A stretch of 64,000 nucleotides of DNA from Synechococcus sp. (GTDB taxonomy: Bacteria; Cyanobacteriota; Cyanobacteriia; PCC-6307; Cyanobiaceae): the NCBI GenBank assembly GCA_047285805.1, contig JBJBCN010000002.1:352001-416000 (forward strand). Direction: 5' to 3'. The notes below the pieces were generated by a model that had not been told where the DNA came from, ran no database searches, and saw only the letters and a program-made list of their open reading frames with translations. The translations under genes and the position numbers were made by a program. Shown here piece after piece: positions 1 to 11,312 of this stretch (positions are counted from its first letter, which is position 1; each line of letters begins with the position of its first letter).

Positions 1-398
1 AAGCAGGGCACCGGCACGCTGCTGCGGCTCTCGCCATGGGCTTGTTTGGGCGCAATCACCAGGGCCAGAAGCCCGTACATCAGGGTTTGCAGCGCCAGCA
101 GTTGCCATCCCTCCAGGCTGTGGCCAACCCGGCTGAAGAGCCCGCCGCCAAAGGCGGCCCCCGCACAGATTGCAATGGCAGCTTGTCTGGGGACCTGACC
201 GCTGCGCCAGTGGGTCAGGCTTCCCGCCATCGTGGTGGGAACGATGGCCAAGGTGCTGGTGGCGAGAGCCTGATGGGGCGGCAGTCCAATCCAGAGCAGC
301 AGTGGCGAGAAAACCAGTCCCCCGCCGATGCCGAGCAATCCCGAGAGCAATCCAGCCAAGAGGCCAAGGGGCAGCAGAGGCAGGAGCTCCCAGGGCAT
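1..398 (-). CDS. Sulfite exporter TauE/SafE family membrane protein (5' part; runs off the window start)
   Basis: Hand translation from ATG 398 gives MPWELLPLLPLGLLAGLLSGLLGIGGGLVFSPLL..., containing the GxxxGLLGIGGG signature. The frame is open to position 1 and is absent from the ORF track. Confidence 0.85.
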   Translation of the reverse strand, partial: MPWELLPLLPLGLLAGLLSGLLGIGGGLVFSPLLLWIGLPPHQALATSTLAIVPTTMAGSLTHWRSGQVPRQAAIAICAGAAFGGGLFSRVGHSLEGWQLLALQTLMYGLLALVIAPKQAHGESRSSVPVPC

Positions 399-440
399 GG
401 CTTCGCCTGCTGCAATGGCCAGGCGCATCCTGTCAGTTCG

Positions 441-1166
441 ATGACCTGGCGTTGGATACCTCCGTTGACGGCTGACGGCCAACTCCAGATGGCCGTAGAT
501 CGCTGGATGCATGCCCGGCAGTGCGACGGCCACGCCTCCCCCATGCTTCGGCTCTACCGCTGGAGTCAGCCGACCCTGTCCATCGGGCGGCATCAACGCC
601 TGATCGAGCCCCACTGGATCGCTCTGGCGGAGCAGGGGCGGTTGCGCTTAATCCGTCGCCCCAGCGGTGGTCGGGCAGTCCTGCATGCAGGAGAGCTCAC
701 CTATGCCTTGGCCTGCCGGCCGAGGACGACCCATCGGCTCACGGCCTACGCCGAGGCCTGTCAGTGGTTGGTAGCTGCCTTCGAGGCCTTGGGGGTGCCG
801 CTGCACTTCGGCTCTGTCAGGGCTGCGGCGGCGGCCCAACGCGGGAATTGTTTCGCCAGCGGGACGGCCGCTGATTTAGTGCAGACCAATGGCGCAAAGC
901 GCATTGGCAGTGCCCAGCTCTGGAGTGGGCCATGCCTGCTGCAGCACGGCAGTGTCTTGCTTCAGCCTCCCCAGGACCTCTGGCAGGAGGTTTTCTCCAG
1001 TCCGGCCCCCACTCTCGAGCCCTTGCCTGAATTGGCGGTGATGGAGGCGTTGCAGCGGGCTGCGCTCGATCACCTCTGCGGCGGACTGCTGCACCACCAA
1101 CCGCTCGGCCCCCAGGACTGGGGGCAGATTGAGGGGCTCGAAGACCAGGCCGCCCTCGGTCTTTAA
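441..1166 (+). CDS. Lipoate-protein ligase A family protein
   Basis: QMAVD, LRLYRWSQPTLSIG, RRPSGGRAVLH and KRIGSAQ motifs. Start moved to ATG 441 because the longer ORF overlaps the TauE gene. Confidence 0.85.
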   Translation: MTWRWIPPLTADGQLQMAVDRWMHARQCDGHASPMLRLYRWSQPTLSIGRHQRLIEPHWIALAEQGRLRLIRRPSGGRAVLHAGELTYALACRPRTTHRLTAYAEACQWLVAAFEALGVPLHFGSVRAAAAAQRGNCFASGTAADLVQTNGAKRIGSAQLWSGPCLLQHGSVLLQPPQDLWQEVFSSPAPTLEPLPELAVMEALQRAALDHLCGGLLHHQPLGPQDWGQIEGLEDQAALGL

Positions 1167-2389
1167 GCCTCGGGATTGCTCTCGATGGTGCGGGCCACCG
1201 GCGGAAGCATCATCCCCAGTGGGTAGACGCCCTGGCGCCGTGCCGCCTCGAGGATGGGAAGGGGCAAGCGGACGCCCATCTCCTTGAGGACCCTTTCCGC
1301 AAGCTCGGGGCGCTCCAGGGTTCCACTGGGTAATCCAGCGGGACCGAGCACCAGCAGGCGATTGACGTCGGGCTGGTCGAGCTGGAGGATCGCCTGCCAA
1401 AGCGGTGTGTTGTCGCGGATCGTCGGCAGCTGATCGAGCGGCTGCAGGTGGTCGCTGATGCACTCCTCATCCCAGCGCTGAACGGGTAGGGCCTGCAGTG
1501 GGGCATCGGTGATGAAGCCCTTCCAGCGGCCCCGATCACAGACCAGCAACCAATCGGCGAGTCCGTTCTCGTCGCTCAGTCGAATCCGGCTCAGCTCCCG
1601 CAGGCTCGCGTCGGCCTCGAGCACCCGGAAGCGCCGTTGCGCGGCATCTTTGACCTGCAGGCGCCTCAGGACACCCTGCAGCGCCAGCATCTGCGATTGG
1701 TTGCGGGCCGCCCCCAGGCCAAACCAGCCCAGCAGCATCAACCAAATCCCAGCGACCCCGGCCCCGCGTATCAGCAGAAAAGCACCCATGCCAATGGCAG
1801 AAAAGGCGAGCAACTTGCCGCTGGCGGTGGCGACCTGGATTCCCTTGCGTTGGCTGCCAGTGAACTGCCAGACCAGGGCCTTGAGGATCAGGCCGCCGTC
1901 CAGCGGCAGTCCGGGCAACAGGTTGAAGAGGGCCAAGATCAGATTCAGGCCCCCCAGTTCACTGACCATTGCACCCAGCAGGGGGGAGGCATGGCTGGCG
2001 CTGTGGCTGCTGAGCAGCAGCAGGGCTGAGAGCGCCAGGCTTACGAGTGGGCCAGCGGCGGCGACCCAGAGGGAGCCCATGGCCGTCGGGCATTCCCGCT
2101 CCACGCTCGCCACCCCGCCCAGGAGGAAGAGGGTGATGCTGCGGACCTTGACCCCCTGGCTGAGGGCGACTAGGGAGTGCCCTAGCTCATGGAGCAGCAC
2201 TGAGAGGAAAAGCAACAGGGCGGTGAGTAGGCCAATCGCCCAGAGCCAGGGCTCCTGGGTTTGGGCTGCGAACTGCTGGCTGTACTGCTGTTGGAAGACC
2301 ACCGTGGCCAGGGCCAAGATCAGAAACCAGCTGGGGTGAATGCGCAGAGGGATGCCCCGGATCCGCATCAGTTGCCAGCCTTCCCCCAC
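1163..2389 (-). CDS. Site-2 protease (M50) with C-terminal CBS-like region
   Basis: HELGH zinc motif, AGP motif, NLLPGLPLDGG. Confidence 0.9.
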   Translation of the reverse strand: MGEGWQLMRIRGIPLRIHPSWFLILALATVVFQQQYSQQFAAQTQEPWLWAIGLLTALLLFLSVLLHELGHSLVALSQGVKVRSITLFLLGGVASVERECPTAMGSLWVAAAGPLVSLALSALLLLSSHSASHASPLLGAMVSELGGLNLILALFNLLPGLPLDGGLILKALVWQFTGSQRKGIQVATASGKLLAFSAIGMGAFLLIRGAGVAGIWLMLLGWFGLGAARNQSQMLALQGVLRRLQVKDAAQRRFRVLEADASLRELSRIRLSDENGLADWLLVCDRGRWKGFITDAPLQALPVQRWDEECISDHLQPLDQLPTIRDNTPLWQAILQLDQPDVNRLLVLGPAGLPSGTLERPELAERVLKEMGVRLPLPILEAARRQGVYPLGMMLPPVARTIESNPEA

Positions 2390-2444
2390 GCGTCCTCGTC
2401 CGCTGGCCTGATCCTAGAAAGGACCTGCTTCCAGGGGCCACGAC

Positions 2445-3149
2445 ATGACGGTGCGTCCAGATTCCCCATTTGGGCCCAAGCCTTGGTTGAAGGTCTGTGG
2501 TCTGCGCACACCTGAGCAGGCCAGCGCCGTGGCCGCCCTGGGTGTGGATGCCATCGGCGTCATCGCCGTGGACGCCTCACCCCGTTGGTTGGCGCCCGCG
2601 GCCAGGCCGGCGTTGTTTGCAGCCGTCCACCAGGCCTCCAGCCGTTGCCTTGGAGTCCTGGTGGTGGCCGACCCCAGTGACGCGGAGCTGCCCGTTCTTG
2701 GCTTTGCAGGGGGGCATCAGGTGCTGCAGCTCCATGGTCAGGAGACCCCTGAGCGTTGTCTGCAGTTGCGGCACGCCCTGGGGCCCGATCTTCTGCTTTG
2801 GAAAGCGCTCCGCATTCGCGAACCCGAGGATTTGCGGCTGGCCGTGGACTTCGGATCGGTGGTCGACGGCCTGCTGCTGGATGCCTGGGTGCCCGATCAG
2901 CTCGGGGGGACTGGCCATCACATCCCAATCGAATGGCTGAGTGGATTTGAGCCCCCGCTGCCCTGGTGGCTGGCGGGTGGTTTGACCCCCGAGCGCATCG
3001 CCCCAGCCCTGGAGGCCCTGCAGGATCAACCTCCCTCTGGTTTGGATGTCTCCAGTGGGGTGGAGCGGGCCCCCGGGGATAAGGACCTCGCCAAAGTGCA
3101 CCAGCTGGTGGCCGCGTTGGTTCCCTTTCGCCAGGATTTGAGCAGTTAG
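2445..3149 (+). CDS. trpF: Phosphoribosylanthranilate isomerase
   Basis: KVCGL, QLHG, LLLDA...GGTG, LAGGL, DVSSGVE motifs. Confidence 0.95.
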   Translation: MTVRPDSPFGPKPWLKVCGLRTPEQASAVAALGVDAIGVIAVDASPRWLAPAARPALFAAVHQASSRCLGVLVVADPSDAELPVLGFAGGHQVLQLHGQETPERCLQLRHALGPDLLLWKALRIREPEDLRLAVDFGSVVDGLLLDAWVPDQLGGTGHHIPIEWLSGFEPPLPWWLAGGLTPERIAPALEALQDQPPSGLDVSSGVERAPGDKDLAKVHQLVAALVPFRQDLSS

Positions 3150-3158
3150 GTCCAGTTC

Positions 3159-3659
3159 ATGGACGCCCAGCGCTCTGCCCCCGTGCTCCTCACCCTCGCC
3201 CTGGCCTCAGGCCTGGCTGTGCAAGCCCAGGACCTGGTGGGCTGCCGATTGGTTGGGGCCAGCCTCCAGTGCATTCCGGGGGGTACGGAGAGCGCCCAGC
3301 AGCAAATCAGCACCTTTCGTGATCAGATCTCCGCGGATCTGGAACTCGAAGGCGCGATCAAGCAGCAGATCAACGGACTCAAGTCGTTGGTGATCGCCGG
3401 TGAGGCGATTGAGGGTGGATTGTTGCAGGCCACAATCCAGGCGGACGACAACGCGTCCCTGGTGTCTCCCCAGTACCACTGGTACCGGAGGAGCCCAGGA
3501 GTGACGACCTGGCTTCTAATCGAGCAAGGCATGGGCACGACCTACGTGCCCGCGCCTGTCGATATCGGTCAACACATCATGGTCTTGGCCGTGGTCAAGC
3601 AGGAAGGTCAGGTGAAACGCATCGCTTCCGCCCCGGTCGGTCCCGTGCTGGCGCGTTAG
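3159..3659 (+). CDS. Hypothetical exported protein
   Basis: 166-aa ORF with a signal-peptide-like N-terminus, filling the gap between trpF and folE. Confidence 0.7.
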   Translation: MDAQRSAPVLLTLALASGLAVQAQDLVGCRLVGASLQCIPGGTESAQQQISTFRDQISADLELEGAIKQQINGLKSLVIAGEAIEGGLLQATIQADDNASLVSPQYHWYRRSPGVTTWLLIEQGMGTTYVPAPVDIGQHIMVLAVVKQEGQVKRIASAPVGPVLAR

Positions 3660-4375
3660 CCAAGCATCGACTCCTGCTGTTTTACCAGTTCAAAGAACTC
3701 GGCTTTGAGGCTGGAGTCATGGCGGAAGTCGCCGCGGACAACGGAGTTCACCATGCTGGTCTGGGGCTCCCTTACGCCGCGCCACTTCATGCAGTAGTGC
3801 TGAGCCTTGACGAGGATGGCCAGGCCCTGCGGCTCGCAGAGGCGCTCAATCTCGTCAGCCAAGATCATCACTGCTTCTTCCTGAATGTGGGGACGGGAGA
3901 AGACCCAGTCGGCCACGCGGGAGAACTTGGATAGACCGATCACGCGCTCGCCTGGTTTGATGCCGATCCAGCAATTGCCCAGGATCGGAACCAGGTGATG
4001 GGAGCAGGCTGAGCGCACCGTGATAGGACCAACCGTGTAGATCTCGTCGAGCTTTTTGACGTTGGGGAAGCTCGCAATCTTGGGTTGGTGGTGATAGCGA
4101 CCCTTGAACACCTCATGGAGGTACATGCGGGCCACACGCTCCGCAGTCTCCTCGGTGTTGTGGTCGTTGTCGATATCGATCACCAAGCTGCGTAGCAGCT
4201 CGCGCACCTTGCCAGCGACCTCGATTTCCAGTTGATCGAGTTCACCGTCGTTGAGGTGCTTGGCGATGTTGTCGTTCGCCAGGAAGGGGACGCCAGCAGA
4301 CTCGAGGCGGTCGCGGATGCGCCGGCTGACAGGAACGAGCTGGCCGGCAATGCTCGAGGGCAGGGTTGAAGTCAT
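3656..4375 (-). CDS. folE: GTP cyclohydrolase I
   Basis: SACSHHLVP, GLSKFSR, HYCMKWRG motifs. Confidence 0.95.
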   Translation of the reverse strand: MTSTLPSSIAGQLVPVSRRIRDRLESAGVPFLANDNIAKHLNDGELDQLEIEVAGKVRELLRSLVIDIDNDHNTEETAERVARMYLHEVFKGRYHHQPKIASFPNVKKLDEIYTVGPITVRSACSHHLVPILGNCWIGIKPGERVIGLSKFSRVADWVFSRPHIQEEAVMILADEIERLCEPQGLAILVKAQHYCMKWRGVREPQTSMVNSVVRGDFRHDSSLKAEFFELVKQQESMLG

Positions 4376-4398
4376 GAACTTATATTACAGGACCTTAT

Positions 4399-5130
4399 TC
4401 AAAGGACGCCCGCCGCGGGCATAAGGGTGATGTCCTCCACAAGGTTGGAGGAAGGTTGCTGGGCCAAAGACAGTAGAGCCTCGGCCACGCGGTCTGGACT
4501 GAGCATGGCATGCCGGTCGAAAGAACTGTGGACGGTTTCGCTGTCCCATAGGGGCGTATTGACCGCACCCAAGGTGAGGGTCGATACACGGATTCCGTGC
4601 TGTCGTTCCTCCTCAGCGAGGCAGCGGCTAAAGGAGGCGAGTGCCGCCTTGGTTGTGCAGTAGGCCCCCCACTCCGGGAAGGCATTGCGGGCCGCGTGGC
4701 TGCTGACATTGATTATCAGGCCGCGGGTCTGGCGTAGGGCTGGCAGGACAGCTTGGCAGGTTTGAACCACGCTTGTGAGGTTGAGCTGCAGCAACCACTG
4801 CCACTGGTCCAGCGGCATCTGAGCGAGAGCACCCGTGTAGGCCGCTCCGGCGTTGTTGATCAGGACCGTAGGAACGAGTCCGCAGTTGAGCAGGTCCTCA
4901 AGAGCCGGACTGATGGCCTGGGGATTAGAGAGATCGACGGCGATCGTCTCGACCCGGCAGGTAGGACTGCGGAGCTCAGCGGCCAGCTGCTCGAGGTCCG
5001 GCTTGGACCTCGCCAAGAGCAAGAGCTGATAGCCCGCCTGGGCAAAGGACCGGGCCGCGGCAGCGCCAATGCCCCTGGAGGCCCCGGTGATCAGGGCTAC
5101 GGGGGGTGGGGCGGATGCGGAGGAGCTCAA
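4399..5130 (-). CDS. SDR family oxidoreductase
   Basis: TGASRGIG, NNAG and YxxxK (YCTTK). Confidence 0.92.
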   Translation of the reverse strand: MSSSASAPPPVALITGASRGIGAAAARSFAQAGYQLLLLARSKPDLEQLAAELRSPTCRVETIAVDLSNPQAISPALEDLLNCGLVPTVLINNAGAAYTGALAQMPLDQWQWLLQLNLTSVVQTCQAVLPALRQTRGLIINVSSHAARNAFPEWGAYCTTKAALASFSRCLAEEERQHGIRVSTLTLGAVNTPLWDSETVHSSFDRHAMLSPDRVAEALLSLAQQPSSNLVEDITLMPAAGVL

Positions 5131-5175
5131 CGGCGCGCGTGGGCCGCAGGGGCCCCAAGGAAACCGTGGAAAACC

Positions 5176-6165
5176 TTAAGTGCTCAGGCTTGCGTCTTGG
5201 GCCCCGGACTCTAGGAAGCGCCCCATCCGGCGGAACTTGGCGTAGCGCTGGTCCACGAGCTTCTCTTCGCTGAGGGCCTGCAGCGGTGAGAGCTGGTGCA
5301 GGAGTGCCGCCTTGAGGTTCTCGGCCGCCTGGCGCGGGGCCCAGTGGTTGCCCCCGGAGGGTTCAGGAATGATCTCGTCGATGATTCCGAGCTTGAGCAG
5401 ATCCGGTGCGGTGATTTTCAGTGCTTCTGCGGCCACGGGTGCCTTGCCGGCATCGCGCCAGAGGATCGAGGCGCAGGCCTCTGGGCTGGCCACGGTGTAA
5501 ACGCTGTGCTGGAACATCAGCAGCCGGTCGGCAACGCCGATGCCCAGGGCTCCGCCGGAGCCGCCTTCACCTATGACGGTGGCCAAGATCGGAACCCGCA
5601 GTTTGAACATCTCCCGCAGATTTACGGCGATCGCTTCCCCTTGGCCCTGTTCTTCGGCTAGCAGACCGGCATAGGCGCCAGGGGTATCGATGAAGCTCAG
5701 GATCGGCAGCCGGAAACGATCGGCATGCTCCATCAGTCGCATCGCCTTGCGATAGCCCCCGGGTGAGGCCATCCCGAAATTGCGGCGAACGTTTTCCTTG
5801 GTGTCCCGACCTTTTTGGTGACCGAGCAGGACAACACCCTGGTCTCCAATGCGGCCCACACCACCTACGAGGGCCTGGTCGTTGCTGCCACGACGGTCCC
5901 CATGCAGTTCGATGAACTCATCGGTCAGCACCTGGATGTAATCGAGGGTGCTGGGTCGCTGGGGGTGGCGGGCGACCTGAATCTTCTGCGCTGGGCTCAG
6001 ATTGCAGAAGATCTCCTCGCGACGACGGGCCGCCAGGGTCTCGAGTTGAAGCAGCTGCTGACTGACGTCAACTTCAGAGTCTTTGGCCAGCTGCCGGATT
6101 TGGTCGATCTGCTCCTCCAGCTCCACCAGGGGCTTCTCGAAGTCGAGCAGGGGACGACGGGCCAT
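5176..6165 (-). CDS. accA: Acetyl-CoA carboxylase carboxyltransferase alpha subunit
   Basis: [31 protein letters not shown]. Confidence 0.97.
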   Translation of the reverse strand: MARRPLLDFEKPLVELEEQIDQIRQLAKDSEVDVSQQLLQLETLAARRREEIFCNLSPAQKIQVARHPQRPSTLDYIQVLTDEFIELHGDRRGSNDQALVGGVGRIGDQGVVLLGHQKGRDTKENVRRNFGMASPGGYRKAMRLMEHADRFRLPILSFIDTPGAYAGLLAEEQGQGEAIAVNLREMFKLRVPILATVIGEGGSGGALGIGVADRLLMFQHSVYTVASPEACASILWRDAGKAPVAAEALKITAPDLLKLGIIDEIIPEPSGGNHWAPRQAAENLKAALLHQLSPLQALSEEKLVDQRYAKFRRMGRFLESGAQDASLST

Positions 6166-6203
6166 GGCAGCGGGTGTAAGGGACAGGCGTTGAACCGGAA
6201 GGC

Positions 6204-7268
6204 CTAGGCAGCGGCCAGTTCCAGGTCGGGGTTGCCGGAGCTGTTGGGGGATTGGTTCAGACCAATGGAGCGGAAACCATGCCGCAGGGAGGCCTCACCA
6301 ATGAGCTCCATGTTTGCGATTGAAATGCGATTGCGTCCCCAGCTGAAGTTGGTGTGAATGCCTTCAAATTCCAGCAGCATTGCCTCCGCAAAGCAAGCGA
6401 ACAACTGGCGTTTGGGGTTCTCCATCTCCACAACTTCCATCATCTGCCAGCTGATGTCCTGCCAGAACTCAACGATTCCGCCCTTGAGGACATGGACTCC
6501 CTCGCCGGCCACCTTGGCGTCCAGGTTCTTGGGGTAGCCGCCGTCAACCATCAGGCAGGGTTTCCGCAGGCTCCCCTGATCAATGGTCAGGGTCTGGGGA
6601 AGGCTCGCGACCCAAACCACTACATCTGCTTCAGGCAGCGCCTCTTCGAGGGTCAGTATTCGCCCGCCGCCCAGGGACTCCTGCAAGTCCGTGAGCCGCT
6701 GTTGCTGACGGGCTACCAGCATCAGTTCGCCGACGCCGGTTTTCTGCGTGAGCCAGCGGCACACGGCACTGCCGATGTCACCGGTGGCACCTACCACGGC
6801 CACCTTGGCTTGGCTCAGATCAATGCCCAGCAGCGGTGCATTGGTTTCGACCTGTTGGCAGATCACCCAAGCGGTGTGGGTGTTTCCGGTGGTGAACCGC
6901 TCCCACTCAAGGGTGGTGTTGCGGATTTGCTGGAACTTCGAGAGGTCGTAATTCTCGAAAATGATCGAGGTGAATCCGCCCAGGGCTGTGACGTTGATGC
7001 CGTTCTTCTGCGCCAATTCCATGGCGTTCTGAACCTTTCGGGTCGCTGTCTTGAAGCGACTCAGCATCTCCGGCACGAAGCAGGAGTCGATGTAGGTCCC
7101 TTGGATGGTGGCACCGGTCTTGCTGGTGACCTCAAAGGTCTCCAGCAGCTGGGGAGGGGCCGAACACCAGGAGAGGAGGTCCGCCTCGGCCATCTCCTCA
7201 AGCCCCAAGTCAAGGGCCTTTTCCTGGGCCTGCGCAAAGCTGCTGGAGTGACCGATCAGACCAAACAT
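6204..7268 (-). CDS. aar: Long-chain acyl-ACP reductase (alkane biosynthesis)
   Basis: MFGLIGH start, [25 protein letters not shown]; adjacent to ado and accA. Confidence 0.95.
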   Translation of the reverse strand: MFGLIGHSSSFAQAQEKALDLGLEEMAEADLLSWCSAPPQLLETFEVTSKTGATIQGTYIDSCFVPEMLSRFKTATRKVQNAMELAQKNGINVTALGGFTSIIFENYDLSKFQQIRNTTLEWERFTTGNTHTAWVICQQVETNAPLLGIDLSQAKVAVVGATGDIGSAVCRWLTQKTGVGELMLVARQQQRLTDLQESLGGGRILTLEEALPEADVVVWVASLPQTLTIDQGSLRKPCLMVDGGYPKNLDAKVAGEGVHVLKGGIVEFWQDISWQMMEVVEMENPKRQLFACFAEAMLLEFEGIHTNFSWGRNRISIANMELIGEASLRHGFRSIGLNQSPNSSGNPDLELAAA

Positions 7269-7346
7269 TCCTAGGGGCTCTCCTGGTGGGACACCGGCCA
7301 AGACACCTGATTAAAGGGCAGCGCCGGCTCGTTCAGGCTGGTGGCT

Positions 7347-8060
7347 TCAGCCGACCAGAGCGGCGGCCGCCATGCGGGCGATTTCGCGTGTGCTGAAACC
7401 GATCTCGGTCAGGGCTTCCTGGTAGGCGATCAGGAAGTCTTCGATCAGGTCCTCCTTGTCCATGTGCAGTACTGCTGCATCACCAGCAACCTCATCCAGC
7501 ATCCTGCGGATCAGGGGCAGGTTCTCGCGGTTGGCTTTCTCAAGTTCGTCGCGGCAGGTCTCGAGATTGGCCTTGAGCCAGACCTCGCCGTAATTGAGGT
7601 GGGTGTATTCGTCCTTCACCACCCCTTCGGTGATCTTGCGGGCGAAGGGGTCGGCGACAGGGATATAGATGTGATAGGCGGAGATGGCGAAGGCCTCGAT
7701 CAGCAGGGCCTGGATCAGCAGACAGGTCGCCACCTTGCCCTCGGCGAGGGCCTTCTGGAAGTTGCCGTGGAGGGGGGCAAAGAATTCCTTCGCGAACGCC
7801 ATGTCGGCGGTGACACCAAGGTTGTTGGCACAGGCGGTGAAACCCTTCATGTGCTTCATCTCCATCCGAGCCAACTTGGTCAGCTCATCGGCCTGGTCGG
7901 GAAGCAGGGTGCCAATCGAGATGTAGTTGTCGTGGGCTTCCTGCTCGCCTTCGATCACGATCGCGTTGATCCGGCTGTAGGCGTCCTTGTAGTTCGCGCA
8001 GGTGAAATCGGGAAGCGAAGCGCCCGCCGTAGGCACATCAGTGGCTTCAAGGGTCGCCAT
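7347..8060 (-). CDS. ado: Aldehyde-deformylating oxygenase
   Basis: [20 protein letters not shown] and EYTHLNYGE di-iron motifs; start set at ATG 8060. Confidence 0.96.
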   Translation of the reverse strand: MATLEATDVPTAGASLPDFTCANYKDAYSRINAIVIEGEQEAHDNYISIGTLLPDQADELTKLARMEMKHMKGFTACANNLGVTADMAFAKEFFAPLHGNFQKALAEGKVATCLLIQALLIEAFAISAYHIYIPVADPFARKITEGVVKDEYTHLNYGEVWLKANLETCRDELEKANRENLPLIRRMLDEVAGDAAVLHMDKEDLIEDFLIAYQEALTEIGFSTREIARMAAAALVG

Positions 8061-8167
8061 GGCTACCGAGAACACGTTGCAATGGGGTTGACTGTAACCA
8101 TCCCCACAAGCCCAAGACGGGGTTTGGCTGCTTTTGCGCACCTCCCTTTGTCTGCAGGCGGTGTTCT

Positions 8168-8992
8168 TCAGGGTTGGGTTCCGGCCTTCCGAGGGGGCCA
8201 ATCGCTGTTCAGCAGTGTCATGAAGAGGCCGCTCCAGCCCTGCACAAGCCTTGCTTGAAGCGCTTCCCCCAAGGCCCCGCTGGCTTGGCGGGCATCGCCG
8301 ATGACGCCGCTGGCGCTGAGGTCCTGGGTCAGCCAGGCATTTGGTACGGCTCCCTCCAGGCTCCAACCCTGGGGAGGCTGGTCGACCTGAAAACCATCGA
8401 TGGGCCGCTCCGGGCCGACCAATTCAGGCTGCAGCTGCAGCATCAGGCTGGTCTCGGCCTGCCCCGCGTGTAGCCCCTGGTGGCGCTCGGGCTCAGGAAT
8501 CAAGCTGCTGAGTCCTTGAGGGCCACTCCAGAGGAAACAAGGCAGCACCCCAAGGGACGGGTGGGCAGCCCTGAGTTGGCGCGCGGCCACCTGGAGTAGG
8601 GCGGTCTGTCCGCCGTGCCCGTTGAAGAGCACCAGGCGTTGGAAGCCGGCGGCCGCCAGCTGGCTTCCGATCGCCTCGATGCTGCCCAGGAGTATTTCCG
8701 CCGGCAGGCTCAGGCTGCCGGGAAAGCCGAGGTGCTCAGGCGAGAAGCCCAGGCTTTGAACCGGGAGACGCCAGATCGGGGCCTGCGGCGGCAGGAACTC
8801 GAGCACTTGATCGAGGATCTGCTCGGCGAAGAGCGCATCGGTCCCCAGGGGAAGGTGCGGCCCGTGTTGCTCCACGGCACCAAAGGGCCAGACAACGGTG
8901 CTACCCGGAGTTTGGGCGGCGGCTTGAACCGCGGGCCAGTTCAGGTGGTCGAGGCGACGAGACCCCTGCCAGGAGTGTGCGTCTTCGCCCAT
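8168..8992 (-). CDS. Creatininase family protein
   Basis: [20 protein letters not shown], HAGxxETS. Confidence 0.9.
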   Translation of the reverse strand: MGEDAHSWQGSRRLDHLNWPAVQAAAQTPGSTVVWPFGAVEQHGPHLPLGTDALFAEQILDQVLEFLPPQAPIWRLPVQSLGFSPEHLGFPGSLSLPAEILLGSIEAIGSQLAAAGFQRLVLFNGHGGQTALLQVAARQLRAAHPSLGVLPCFLWSGPQGLSSLIPEPERHQGLHAGQAETSLMLQLQPELVGPERPIDGFQVDQPPQGWSLEGAVPNAWLTQDLSASGVIGDARQASGALGEALQARLVQGWSGLFMTLLNSDWPPRKAGTQP

Positions 8993-9055
8993 TGAGCCGT
9001 CTTCAACCAAGAAGGGTCCTCCCTACAGTGTGACGGTGTGCGTCTTTGCTTGGTC

Positions 9056-10408
9056 ATGGCCGGTTCCGGCACTCCCCAGCCCTCCCAGCCCTCTGCCAAG
9101 CAGCAACCAGCCTCGGCCCGTCCGATGCCCCCATCGCCGCAGCGTTCCGCCGCCGAGCCGCCGCCGGTTCGCAAGCCTCCCCAGGTTCTGCAGATCAATA
9201 AGAAAGAAGAGCAGCTGCGTTTAGAGCGCGAAGCAGCTGAAGCCCGTGTCACCGCCGAAGCTGCTGCCCAGCGCGCTGCGGAACTTGAAGACGCCGCCCG
9301 GGCGGCCCGCGGTGAGGCACCGGTTGCCCCCCAACGGCCCGCTTCTTCTCCCCCCAGCAACAGCAGTGACGACGAGCTGTTTGACATGAGCGGCTTGGAG
9401 GGCCTGAGCATGGCCGACCTGCTCGGTCCCGATGACCGCAACAAGGGTCGTCGCTCCGGCGGATCCCGCATGGCGGTTCCCCAGACGAAGCCTGCGGCTG
9501 TCCCCTCCCGCTCGGTCGACGATTTCGACTTCGATGAGGAGGCCTTCCTGGCGGCCCTCGATGAGCAGGATTTCGTCGGCACCACCGGTGAAGTGGTTAC
9601 CGGCACCGTCATCGCCATGGAGAGCGACGGCGTCTATGTCGATATCGGTGGCAAGGCCCCTGGCTTCATGCCGAAGAAGGAATGCGCCCTTGGGGTCATC
9701 ACCAACCTCAAGGAGCGTTTCCCTAAAGGCCTGACCGTCGAGGTGCTCGTCACCCGCGAGCAGAACGCCGATGGCATGGTCACCATCAGTGCCCGTGCCC
9801 TGGCCCTGCGTCAAAGCTGGGAGAAGGTCCGCGCCCTGGAGAAAGAGGGCAAAGTCCTGCAGGTCAAGGTCAACGGCTTTAACCGCGGCGGCATCACCTG
9901 CGACGTCGAAGGTCTGCGCGGCTTCGTACCCCGCTCCCAGCTTCAGGAGGGTGAAAACCACGAGACACTCGTTGGTAAAACCCTTGGGGTGGCTTTCCTG
10001 GAGGTCAATCCCGATACCCGCAAGCTGGTGCTCTCTGAGAAGAAGGCGGCCACCGCATCCCTCTTCCAGAACCTTGAGGTGGGTCAGTTGGTAGAGGGTC
10101 AGGTGGTGGCAATCAAGCCCTACGGCTTGTTTGTTGATCTGGGTGGAGTTAGCGGCCTGTTGCACCACTCGGTGATCACCGGCGGTCAGATGCGTGATCT
10201 GCGTGAGGTTTTTGGCCAGGGCGATCGCGTCAAGGCGTTGATCACTGAGTTGGATCCCGGTCGCGGCCGCATCGCACTTAACACGGCCCTGCTCGAAGGT
10301 CAGCCCGGTGAGTTGTTGATCGAGCGCGACAAAGTCATGGCCGAAGCCGCCGATCGCGCCAACAGGGCTCGTAACGTGCTGCGTCACCAGGAACAATCCG
10401 CCGGATGA
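9056..10408 (+). CDS. rps1b: S1 RNA-binding domain protein (ribosomal protein S1 homolog B)
   Basis: Three S1 repeats (VDIGGKAPGF, GLRGFVPRSQ, YGLFVDLGG) after a low-complexity N-terminus. Confidence 0.88.
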   Translation: MAGSGTPQPSQPSAKQQPASARPMPPSPQRSAAEPPPVRKPPQVLQINKKEEQLRLEREAAEARVTAEAAAQRAAELEDAARAARGEAPVAPQRPASSPPSNSSDDELFDMSGLEGLSMADLLGPDDRNKGRRSGGSRMAVPQTKPAAVPSRSVDDFDFDEEAFLAALDEQDFVGTTGEVVTGTVIAMESDGVYVDIGGKAPGFMPKKECALGVITNLKERFPKGLTVEVLVTREQNADGMVTISARALALRQSWEKVRALEKEGKVLQVKVNGFNRGGITCDVEGLRGFVPRSQLQEGENHETLVGKTLGVAFLEVNPDTRKLVLSEKKAATASLFQNLEVGQLVEGQVVAIKPYGLFVDLGGVSGLLHHSVITGGQMRDLREVFGQGDRVKALITELDPGRGRIALNTALLEGQPGELLIERDKVMAEAADRANRARNVLRHQEQSAG

Positions 10409-11304
10409 TTCAGGCCACCGAGCCCGCGAGTCCTGCACGCCTGCAGGCTGATTGGGAGCTGGATTACTACTCCCGGCCAATCCTTGAAGAGGATGGAAAG
10501 AAGCGTTGGGAGCTTTTGATCTGCAGTTCCCCCTCCGGCGCCAAACCGGAGCGCTCCTTTCGGTGGGTCATGAACTGCCCCGCCTCCAGCGTGAACTCCC
10601 AGTGGCTGAAGACCGCCCTGGAGCAGGCCATTGAGCAGGCTGATGCCGAGGGGTTCGATCCCCCGCGCAAGATTCGCTGCTGGCGTTCGTCCATGCGCAC
10701 GATGGTGCAACGGGCCGCTGATCAGCTTGGCCTGGAGCTGGTTCCCAGCCGCCGCTGTTATGCCCTGGTGGAATGGCTCCAGGAGCGTCAGGCCACGGTT
10801 TACCCCGAGGAAGAGGGCTACTTGGCTGGCCCTCTCGCCCCCCCTCCGCAGCCGATTCAGCCCGTCGCTGTTCCCCTGCCGGAGGCTGCCCGTGGTGATA
10901 GCTGGTCGTGGGCATCCCTGCAGATCGGCGTCCTTCGCGAGGCGATGACCTGGGATACGAGCTTCTCGGGGCTCGTCCCCTTGCCGGCTTCCCTGGACGA
11001 TGAGCTCATTGTCAGTGGCCTGCGCCTGTTCAGCGCGAGCCGCTCCCTGGCCATTGCTGGTTGGGTCTCCGGCCTTGAGCCGGTGCGGTTGGAGGTCTCT
11101 GGAGCGCAATTGGTGCTGGAGGCGGGGCAGGAAGATCGCTGGCTTCTTGGTCAACTGGAATCCGAGGAGGCTGAAGCCGCTGCTGCAGCGTTCCTAGCCG
11201 CCCGCAGCCAAGCCGGTGGTGTGCAATTCCTGGCGGTGCAATCCAGTCCAGATCAACCCGGTTTTGATGGCTTCTGGATTCTCCGGGACCTTCCCGATGC
11301 CTAA
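10405..11304 (+). CDS. Tab2/Atab2 family RNA-binding protein
   Basis: WELDYYSRPILEEDGKKRWELLIC N-terminal signature. Confidence 0.9.
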   Translation: MIQATEPASPARLQADWELDYYSRPILEEDGKKRWELLICSSPSGAKPERSFRWVMNCPASSVNSQWLKTALEQAIEQADAEGFDPPRKIRCWRSSMRTMVQRAADQLGLELVPSRRCYALVEWLQERQATVYPEEEGYLAGPLAPPPQPIQPVAVPLPEAARGDSWSWASLQIGVLREAMTWDTSFSGLVPLPASLDDELIVSGLRLFSASRSLAIAGWVSGLEPVRLEVSGAQLVLEAGQEDRWLLGQLESEEAEAAAAAFLAARSQAGGVQFLAVQSSPDQPGFDGFWILRDLPDA

Positions 11305-11312
11305 CGGGCTCC

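Noticed and set aside
3656..8060. ado-aar-accA-SDR-folE cluster as a novel pathway
   Set aside because: This is the well-known conserved cyanobacterial alkane biosynthesis neighbourhood.
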